This document shows, in pieces, positions 57,785 through 64,000 of a stretch of DNA of 64,000 bases; position 1 is the stretch's first letter; every line of letters starts with the position of its first letter. Where the stretch lies: positions 27,107-91,106 of IMG/VR virus record IMGVR_UViG_3300030329_003954; one strand, 5' to 3'. A program made the position numbers and the translations under genes. This DNA is from a virus. The notes beneath the pieces are model-generated. The model saw only the letters and a list, made by a program, of their open reading frames with translations, made no database searches and was not told the DNA's origin.

Positions 57785-57868
57785 TGGTGGAGCCGGTGGG
57801 AATCGAACCCACGTCCAGGATTGGCCCACATTGAGGTTTTCCATCCTGTCGAAACCATAAACAGCCCC
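57785..57868 (-). ncRNA. Mini-tmRNA (tRNA-like domain only, 84 nt)
   Basis: GGGGCTG-TTTATGGTTTCGAC-AGGAT-(21 nt)-ATCCT-GGAC-GTGGG-TTCGATT-CCCAC-CGGCTCC-ACCA; G3:U70. Confidence 0.85.
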
Positions 57869-57878
57869 ATAAAAAGTA

Positions 57879-58172
57879 ACACCCCACCGGACTTGACCCA
57901 GGCACGCACTACTGCTTACTCATGTAAGACTCCCACTTACAAGACTGGCACTTCGGCAGCGACGCTAGTCTTTTTAGTAGCTCTCTCGGCTACCCCGGAG
58001 TATGTCCCCGGTGAGGTGTTGGATTGTGAAAGAACTACGCCCCCATATACTGCTCACCGGGCTACGATTTCATCGGTTTGGTGAGAGACCCGAGAGGAGT
58101 ATCAGGCTGCGGCAGTTCTGGCTTCCAAAGGATTCATACGCTCCGCGCTTGCCTGTCCTACCCCTCTCGGGT
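57879..58172 (-). ncRNA. Putative structured ncRNA(s) upstream of the mini-tmRNA
   Basis: 14-bp stem (58088-58172), 9-bp stem (58007-58061), multi-stem junction (57879-58005); no credible ORF. Confidence 0.55.
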
Positions 58173-58181
58173 ATGTCTTCC

Positions 58182-58208
58182 ATTATACATATCTCACAGG
58201 GCTGTCAA
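58182..58208 (-). promoter_or_regulatory. Sigma70-like early promoter
   Basis: TTGACA-N15-TATAAT. Confidence 0.75.
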
Positions 58209-58233
58209 CCCAGGGAATCGAATCTTTTCTAAA

Positions 58234-58313
58234 TTGATGTAAGTGCTTGTGAATAAAGGACTTATGGCCGTCGCGGCGGCCCGCCCCAAACCCTTTATTT
58301 GCAAGGGTTTACG
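58234..58313. repeat. Double-palindrome cassette repeat R1
   Basis: 25-bp TAAGT-N15-ACTTA, 22-bp GC spacer, second 25-bp imperfect palindrome. Confidence 0.85.
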
Positions 58314-58338
58314 GCTGGCAGTTAAAAGTTAGAGCGGA

Positions 58339-59139
58339 CTAGTTCATCCGCGAGGCCCAGTCCTGGGTGATGGCCCAGAGTCCTTGGTTCCAGTCCGTGT
58401 CGGCCACGATGTTCCGACGCTCACGCACACGGCGCAGGCGGTTGTTGGCATCGGGCACCTTGAAGCCTCCACGGGTGCCGTTCTCCTGCACACGGTTGAA
58501 CACCGACCACAGATCGTTGGGCATGTCGTCACGACGACGAACCTGGAGCAGACCCGAGACGATGCGATCGTCTACGTTCTCCTCGGGATCAAGCCCGAAG
58601 CGCAGACGACCAGCCTCGCGGGCAAACTGGCGAACGTCACCGTCCGACAGGCTGGTGCCTTGGCACGTCTCAGCGAAGCCAAACAGGCCAGGAGCCGCAT
58701 CGATCGCACGCTGCACAGCAGCTTGCGTGTCCTCGTTGATACGGTCGTGCCGGATCTTGATCGTCTCGTTGGCAGCACCGAAAGGTGCGATCATGCCGTT
58801 CTCGCACACGAGACGGTAGAGGCCGACAGCCATGATGAACGTCGATGACCAGTTGCCCGAGTTCACGATGTTAACCGTGGGGAAGATCGACCCGAGCTTA
58901 CGGGTGTCGCCATTGTCCGTAGGCATACGCATGGTGATGCGGTGCTTTTGGAAAGCCTCGTTGCCAGCGGTGCGCTTCTGCGTCTTCTGCTGGCTTGCAG
59001 ACTTGATGGTGAACCCGTCGCTCATCATCTGCTCGACGATGTCGGCAGTGCGGACGTGCTGGTATCGGTCGCTGACGTGAGGAGCAGGCGAATCGGAGAA
59101 GGCCGCAGGGGCCACAACTTGCAGTTCTTGGAGATCCAT
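58339..59139 (-). CDS. DUF932/DUF945-family protein
   Basis: VSDRYQHVRT, KHRI..R, GLYRLVCENGM, LWSVFNRVQEN. Confidence 0.85.
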   Translation of the reverse strand: MDLQELQVVAPAAFSDSPAPHVSDRYQHVRTADIVEQMMSDGFTIKSASQQKTQKRTAGNEAFQKHRITMRMPTDNGDTRKLGSIFPTVNIVNSGNWSSTFIMAVGLYRLVCENGMIAPFGAANETIKIRHDRINEDTQAAVQRAIDAAPGLFGFAETCQGTSLSDGDVRQFAREAGRLRFGLDPEENVDDRIVSGLLQVRRRDDMPNDLWSVFNRVQENGTRGGFKVPDANNRLRRVRERRNIVADTDWNQGLWAITQDWASRMN

Positions 59140-59201
59140 GATGCGTAAATTATAGCTATCTGATTTGCAATTGCAACAAAAGTAATCGATATTTTCTTCA
59201 A

Positions 59202-59285
59202 TTGACGTAAGTGTCTATCAGTAAAGGACTTAGGGCTCGCGGGGCGGGCCGCCACGCCGTAAACCCTTTATTGACGGCAGGTTAG
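59202..59285. repeat. Cassette repeat R2
   Basis: Palindromes 59208-59232 and 59260-59284. Confidence 0.9.
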
Positions 59286-60070
59286 AACGCCAACCCCATT
59301 TCTTCGCACATTTCGTCGAAGTCTGCGAGATTTAGAACCTCGACTTGCCGTTCGGTGAGCTTGAACGGGGAATCCTCGCGCCGAAGCTTGCCCTTGGCAG
59401 TAAGCCCAACGTAAACACCGATAGGGTCCATGAAGCGCAGGTCGCTATCATCGCCATTATAAACGGGACGACCACGAAAAGTATTAGGAACACGATCAAA
59501 AACAATAGCAACATTGCCTCCATGGCGCAGGACTTTATCGCATTTATCATCGTTTAGCTCCGAACGGGAAAAGGTGAGGTGGTAGTTATCAGGGAAAGTA
59601 GGGTTGGTGAGGTATTCCATCATCAGCCCGTAGTCTTTGGTGTAATCGTAAAACTGGATATCTGAGAAACGATCGAACAGCGATGCACGGTATGCAGTAG
59701 CTCGGCACCAGTCAATATCGCTCGTGCCATTAAGACGCACGCACGCATTTAGCCCGAGCTTGGTAGCTTTCTTTTTGTGGGCTGTGATCTCCTTATATAG
59801 GTCTCCTAGGAAGGTCGCCCGATCATTTACATAGCGAGCCGTGCGAGCCTTGCGGGCTTCCTGGATCGCGTTAGTGGTCTCGCCCTTCCTGAAGATGCCA
59901 CCACGCCCCGCCTCATTCAGGCAGAAACGGATGCACTCTTTCGAGGCGTGCTTACAGACGTTGATCAGGCCCGACGCTTTGGACGGTGCAAGGTGCATGA
60001 TGGCAGACAGCCAGCCATACTTGACGCCCTTTTGAGTCTTGGGATTCGATGTTGTTAGCAGCTTAGGCAT
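59282..60070 (-). CDS. Gp88-like phage protein
   Basis: C..AS..C...CL...GRG, VRLNGTSDI, FYDYTK, YHLTFS, GDDSDLRF.D. Confidence 0.8.
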   Translation of the reverse strand: MPKLLTTSNPKTQKGVKYGWLSAIMHLAPSKASGLINVCKHASKECIRFCLNEAGRGGIFRKGETTNAIQEARKARTARYVNDRATFLGDLYKEITAHKKKATKLGLNACVRLNGTSDIDWCRATAYRASLFDRFSDIQFYDYTKDYGLMMEYLTNPTFPDNYHLTFSRSELNDDKCDKVLRHGGNVAIVFDRVPNTFRGRPVYNGDDSDLRFMDPIGVYVGLTAKGKLRREDSPFKLTERQVEVLNLADFDEMCEEMGLAF

Positions 60071-60120
60071 AGCCCGTAATTATAGCAACCCTCCGGCAGA
60101 TTGCAAGCGATAGTTTTCGA

Positions 60121-60205
60121 TTGACGTAAGTGTCTATCAGTAAAGGACTTAGGGCATCGCGGGCGGCCCGCCCGCCCGTAAACCCTTTATTCACGGGGGT
60201 TTACG
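60121..60205. repeat. Cassette repeat R3
   Basis: Palindromes 60127-60151 and 60179-60203. Confidence 0.9.
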
Positions 60206-60263
60206 ACGGCGAACGGATTTGGGGGGTTGGGCAGTTTTTCAGCGTGCCCAGGCTGTTCCGATG

Positions 60264-60470
60264 TTAGGCGGTAGCGACCCGCGTAAGGCGGTTGAAGACC
60301 TCGCGGCAGTGCTTGTAGCTGCCACGGTGCTTCACCTTACCACCAACCATCACGAAGTAGACCGGAGTCTGGTTAGGGCGATCCATGTAGAGGTGGATCT
60401 GGCCGGTCGAGTCGATGCAACGGATGTTGCGGGAAAAGAAGCCAGCAAACTGGCCTTGCGAAACTGTCAT
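60264..60470 (-). CDS. Hypothetical early protein
   Basis: GAGGAG SD. Confidence 0.55.
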   Translation of the reverse strand: MTVSQGQFAGFFSRNIRCIDSTGQIHLYMDRPNQTPVYFVMVGGKVKHRGSYKHCREVFNRLTRVATA

Positions 60471-60472
60471 AA

Positions 60473-60751
60473 TTACTCCTCAGAGTCGGAAGGGATACTG
60501 GTGTCCCACTCCAAGGGAGTGACACCCAGCTTGAGAAACTCCCGCCCTTCGGGCGAGAGGTTGGGGAAAGCATCTTGGATGCTAGCCCCGTTGACCCAAT
60601 CATACACCTGGGCCTCGGTGATTTCAAGTGGCATGGCGTGTTTTACGCCAGTAAACGCAGAGATAGCGCAGACGACCATCTGGTAGTCACCCAGCTTGTG
60701 AGCGCGGGTGATGTGAGGCTTGTTAGCGAATAGTGCGGTTACGTTTGCCAT
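60473..60751 (-). CDS. Hypothetical early protein
   Basis: TTGACA-N16-TATACT-N6-ATG; IQDAFPNLS...REFL..G.TP.EW motif. Confidence 0.7.
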   Translation of the reverse strand: MANVTALFANKPHITRAHKLGDYQMVVCAISAFTGVKHAMPLEITEAQVYDWVNGASIQDAFPNLSPEGREFLKLGVTPLEWDTSIPSDSEE

Positions 60752-60781
60752 GTCTCTAGTATATCAATCGGTATCGAAATG

Positions 60782-60880
60782 TCAATCGCGGCCAGTGGGA
60801 TTTTCAGGTTCAACCCTGAGTAGGCCATCCCGTTTGTCTGTCGGGCCTGCGCGAATTGGGGGGGTTAGTGCCTCTCTCAT
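60782..60880 (-). CDS. Possible 32-aa leaderless peptide
   Basis: TTGACG-N15-TATAAT-N7-ATG; MREALTPPIRAGPTDKRDGLLRVEPENPTGRD. Confidence 0.35.
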   Translation of the reverse strand: MREALTPPIRAGPTDKRDGLLRVEPENPTGRD

Positions 60881-60939
60881 GCTATCAATTATACATACTC
60901 TGAGGGGCCGTCAACCCCTGTATTCGTGTTTTTCTTTAA

Positions 60940-61023
60940 TCGACGTAAGTGTCTGTCAGTAAAGGACTTAGGGCTCGCGGGGCGGCCCGCCCGCCCGTAA
61001 ACCCTTTAATTACAGAGAGTTAG
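60940..61023. repeat. Cassette repeat R4
   Basis: Palindromes 60946-60970 and 60998-61022. Confidence 0.9.
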
Positions 61024-61340
61024 GACGGGAAGGGTTGATCGAATTGCATAATGGTACCCAATCCCGTTTTGGGATCGGCCATTTCCATATTGCGGATCTC
61101 GCCCTGCATTGCAAAGTATGCAGCACGGGCACCGAATCGTTTACCGTTCTCGTCTCGCGTTTGGATGGCACGCCTAGTATTCACGTAGGCTTGCATGAGG
61201 TCATCGGCCACATTTAGCGGACAGTTGTCCTTGTGCGAACTATGCCACGCCAGAGCGAGTTGCAGAGAAGTCTTGTGTAAAAGCGCATCGGTGTGATGTT
61301 GCCCCTGGTAGAGTTCTTCGGACCATTTAGGCTCAGGCAT
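61020..61340 (-). CDS. Hypothetical early protein
   Basis: GGAG SD before ATG 61340; stop codon within R4. Confidence 0.55.
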   Translation of the reverse strand: MPEPKWSEELYQGQHHTDALLHKTSLQLALAWHSSHKDNCPLNVADDLMQAYVNTRRAIQTRDENGKRFGARAAYFAMQGEIRNMEMADPKTGLGTIMQFDQPFPS

Positions 61341-61515
61341 AGTAATACGGTGCTCCCATGTGTTGCATAAGGTCATTCTCGTAACAGGAAATCAGATCCT
61401 GCAAAACGGGATAAGGGATACTCTCGTCAAAGTGCTCGTAGATGTCATCTACGTCCAGCCCTTGATCGTAATACCCAATCGCCGCGTCAATTTCTTCGTC
61501 AGTCATGTTGGTCAT
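61333..61515 (-). CDS. Small acidic protein
   Basis: In operon. Confidence 0.5.
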   Translation of the reverse strand: MTNMTDEEIDAAIGYYDQGLDVDDIYEHFDESIPYPVLQDLISCYENDLMQHMGAPYYYA

Positions 61516-61519
61516 TATA

Positions 61520-61744
61520 CTAGTTCCTTCTGTGTTGTAAAGGGGTAAACCCGAAATCGTCGATCACCTCATCTTCGGATATGCGATGCTCTCCAAACCA
61601 AATCTCTAGGGTGTGATTTAGCATACCATCCCATCCATGCTGGCAGATCTCCTCGTAGAGGTCTTGATCCTCATCATGATCGAAATACCTAGCGATGCGG
61701 TTCTGGTTCGCATCGTCGTTCAGGTCGTCCGAGCTATGTAGCAT
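61520..61744 (-). CDS. Small acidic protein
   Basis: GGAGG SD. Confidence 0.55.
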   Translation of the reverse strand: MLHSSDDLNDDANQNRIARYFDHDEDQDLYEEICQHGWDGMLNHTLEIWFGEHRISEDEVIDDFGFTPLQHRRN

Positions 61745-62225
61745 TGTTGGCCTCCTTCTTCGCCTCCTTAGCTACCTTATCCTGGTAGTCCTCGCAGATG
61801 TTGCGGAAGATCCTGCAACGGGCACGCAGGGTCTTTTCGAAGACTTCGACCGCGAAACGGCGAGCAGCCGCAACATCACCCGGTAGATCGGGTTCCTCAC
61901 CCGTGAACTTCGGTCGCACATCCCAGAACTTGAGAGCCGAGATCAGCAGCGGCAGAGCACTAGCCGGAACCCACCCGATGACTTGATCGGTCCACTCGTT
62001 GTCGTCATTGCGGACGAGGTCCACGATATCGCCGTTCGGCTCGAATACGGCCACCTCGAAGTCCGAAGACTCGTAGCCAGTCTCGTCCTCATGGTATGGC
62101 GCATTCTTGTTTTCGCAGTAGTTGCCAGGACCGAATGATACCGACAGCTTGTAGCCGTTGGAGATCGTGTACTGGAAACCACGCTGCCAGACGAAGAGCT
62201 TCGCGTTGTTGTGCTTGTGAACCAT
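61734..62225 (-). CDS. Hypothetical early protein
   Basis: TTGACA-N15-TATAAT-N7-ATG 62225; NGYKLSVSFGPGNYC, EVAV. Confidence 0.7.
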   Translation of the reverse strand: MVHKHNNAKLFVWQRGFQYTISNGYKLSVSFGPGNYCENKNAPYHEDETGYESSDFEVAVFEPNGDIVDLVRNDDNEWTDQVIGWVPASALPLLISALKFWDVRPKFTGEEPDLPGDVAAARRFAVEVFEKTLRARCRIFRNICEDYQDKVAKEAKKEANNAT

Positions 62226-62283
62226 GCTATCCATTATACCTATTCTCAGGGGCTGTCAACTAGGGAACTACACTTTTTTTAAA

Positions 62284-62367
62284 TCGACGTAAGTGTCTGT
62301 CAGTAAAGGACTTAGGGCTCGCGGGGCGGCCCGCCACGCCGTAAACCCTTTAATTGCAGCGGGTTAG
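62284..62367. repeat. Cassette repeat R5
   Basis: Palindromes 62290-62314 and 62342-62366. Confidence 0.9.
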
Positions 62368-62370
62368 CTA

Positions 62371-62835
62371 CTACCAAGAACTTTGGTAGTAGGCTTCGCT
62401 CCATAGGCTGTCATTGGATTCCAGGTGATGGATCAGACTAGTACAGACTTTGATTGTCCGTCGCAGTTCGTCCGCGTAATAGGAATCGTAGTCAGTAGAG
62501 CCAAAGAAAAAGCCACTGACGGTAGGCATTGTCTCATGACAGGTTTTGTGGTCTCCTTCGTTGTAGGCATCCAGAGCGAACATACAATCCGCACGGAGTT
62601 CGTGCAGGTGTTCAGGCTTCACGTTGTACTGCCCGCAGTCATCATTGCCATCCTGCACATGCTCGACGAACCACTGATGAATGTGGTTTGCCTTGCGCCA
62701 ATATGCGACAGCATATTCTTTGGTGACGCACACCCAATCATTGGGATCGCGATGCATGGTATCACCATCACCGCCAAATCCCTTGATGCTACACTTGGAA
62801 TGCTCTTTGAGCCTGAGGTACATGTCTAGTCCCAT
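62371..62835 (-). CDS. Conserved-type phage hypothetical protein
   Basis: MGLDMYL, YWRKANHIH.WF, GFFFGS..YD, YQSSW. Confidence 0.8.
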   Translation of the reverse strand: MGLDMYLRLKEHSKCSIKGFGGDGDTMHRDPNDWVCVTKEYAVAYWRKANHIHQWFVEHVQDGNDDCGQYNVKPEHLHELRADCMFALDAYNEGDHKTCHETMPTVSGFFFGSTDYDSYYADELRRTIKVCTSLIHHLESNDSLWSEAYYQSSW

Positions 62836-62844
62836 AGCGGTATT

Positions 62845-63123
62845 CTACTCCTCTTCGCCTTCGGTGTCACTAAAAATCTCGCCAGCGTAGATGCTTTCGA
62901 GGTCCAAGATCAGAGTGATCATCTCCCAGATCATGGGATAGTTCTTTTTGAACTCATCCGCAGCCTGATCATTCATCCATGCCACCCCATGTTCTAGGTC
63001 GGCTTGTATAGCGTAGGATAGACGCTCCTGTAGCTCACTTAGTCTCACTTGTCTGTGCCTCTTCTTGGGCGTGCAATCACGGTAGCTGATGAGTTCAACT
63101 AGACGCTCGAATGGGTTGTCCAT
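62845..63123 (-). CDS. Hypothetical early protein
   Basis: TAATG coupling. Confidence 0.6.
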   Translation of the reverse strand: MDNPFERLVELISYRDCTPKKRHRQVRLSELQERLSYAIQADLEHGVAWMNDQAADEFKKNYPMIWEMITLILDLESIYAGEIFSDTEGEEE

Positions 63124-63314
63124 TAGGATCGGATGGGGTCAATGAGGTAATAGATTTCGGAGGTAGTGAGACCCCAGTTGAGGTTCTGCATGTTGATGCG
63201 GAAGTAGGGTTCGCCCTGGAGTTCCATCTCGCTCACGATGTCCCGCATACGGGCGACATCCATCTTCGGGTCGATGCGTTGGACGATGGCGAGGAGTTCT
63301 TGCTTACTCTTCAT
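63123..63314 (-). CDS. Hypothetical early protein
   Basis: TTGACG-N15-TATAAT-N7-ATG. Confidence 0.6.
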   Translation of the reverse strand: MKSKQELLAIVQRIDPKMDVARMRDIVSEMELQGEPYFRINMQNLNWGLTTSEIYYLIDPIRS

Positions 63315-63371
63315 GCTATCAATTATACCTATTCTGGGGAGCCGTCAACTAGCTATCCCATCTTTTTTTAA

Positions 63372-63455
63372 TTGACGTAAGTACCTGTCAGTAAAGGACT
63401 TACGGCCCGCGCCCCGGCCCGCTCGATCATAAGTGCCTTATTTGAAGCGACTTAC
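63372..63455. repeat. Cassette repeat R6
   Basis: Palindromes 63378-63402 and 63430-63454. Confidence 0.85.
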
Positions 63456-63872
63456 AAACTTGGAAACATTGCGAATCCAGTGGACATTTAGTCCCTTGGG
63501 GTCATTCTTTGCGCCAACAGGACAATAAACACGCCCCAGAAAAATAATGAACTTGCCATGCTTACCAGCCTTCACCCAACGGTCGTAGTTCTTTTGAACG
63601 GTTGCAGCACACCAGCCAGCCTGCGAGCGATACGTAGGCTTCACACGAGGGTGCAGGATGCCATACTCACGACCCTTTCCACCATTCTCTGCATACCGAA
63701 TGGCAGCAACGATAGGAGCAAGCTCATTACGCATCTCGGGCCTGATGTTGGCACGTATGGCCTGATCGAATAGCTGAGAGCAACGGATACCGTCCTTCTG
63801 AAGGACCGCATCGTGGGCTTTGGTCTGAGCGTTGCAGGTGATGCAGAGGAGGAGAGCTACAAGGAATCGCAT
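63438..63872 (-). CDS. Secreted lysozyme-like/glucosaminidase-like protein
   Basis: TATAAT-N7-ATG 63872; signal peptide; AI..AENG; YCPVGAKNDP.GLN.HW..NV. Confidence 0.6.
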   Translation of the reverse strand: MRFLVALLLCITCNAQTKAHDAVLQKDGIRCSQLFDQAIRANIRPEMRNELAPIVAAIRYAENGGKGREYGILHPRVKPTYRSQAGWCAATVQKNYDRWVKAGKHGKFIIFLGRVYCPVGAKNDPKGLNVHWIRNVSKFVSRFK

Positions 63873-64000
63873 GGTTACCATTATACCAATACTATCGACC
63901 AGCGCAAGCACCTTTCTTTAGCATGGCACCGGAATATTTCGCGGGACTCCGATGGAACGATGCGTCGCCTCCGCCCCATACCTTGTGTCTCATGAATTTA

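Noticed and set aside
57785-57868. Ordinary tRNA-Ala or permuted two-piece tmRNA
   Set aside because: No D stem or 7-nt anticodon loop; the 5' GGGG end precedes the CCA end; no convincing tag ORF nearby
58088-58172. SRP (4.5S) RNA
   Set aside because: TCC..GGAAGC is reminiscent, but the GNRA loop and CAGG/AGCA motif are missing
57646-58232. ORF-track ORFs 57646-57909, 57821-58084 and 58002-58232
   Set aside because: They overlap the mini-tmRNA and RNA stems, with no start signals or protein motifs
58234-63455. Repeats as a CRISPR array or classical integron attC sites
   Set aside because: Units are ~85 bp and separated by whole genes; no cas or intI genes; some copies begin CTAAC but lack the matching GTTRRRY core and full-length hairpin
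1-64000. Stop-codon reassignment
   Set aside because: Conserved genes are full length in code 11, all three stops are used, no suppressor tRNA is present, and the polymerase pieces are in different frames

Overview
64 kb segment of a large T4-like (gp23/gp18/gp19-type) myovirus genome, roughly 40% GC by eye, with a visibly more GC-rich right end. Order: head module (gp21 protease, gp22 scaffold, gp23 capsid, probable internal proteins); neck/tail (gp13, gp14, gp15, gp18, gp19); replication/recombination genes (Holliday junction resolvase, gp55-like late sigma, a family A DNA polymerase split into three genes with an N-terminal UDG-like domain, ThyX, gp47/gp46, probable class II RNR, gp41 helicase, UvsY-like, gp32); a ~13 kb glycan biosynthesis island; MazG, DenV-like, UvsX, Clp-like ATPase, second sigma, kinase; and a tRNA cluster. 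After a strand switch at ~56.5 kb comes a non-coding RNA region, then an array of early-gene cassettes, each headed by a conserved ~85-bp double-palindrome repeat and a sigma70-like promoter. Top novelty candidate: an 84-nt tmRNA consisting only of the tRNA-like domain (no tag-encoding region), embedded among several unassigned structured RNAs. Other strong candidates: the phased double-palindrome cassette array, the tripartite PolA, and a tRNA body with a 36-nt branched insert in place of the anticodon loop. Expression appears largely leaderless. A GC-rich host (possibly Planctomycetota) is inferred, not shown. All calls come from reading motifs by eye; no searches were run.
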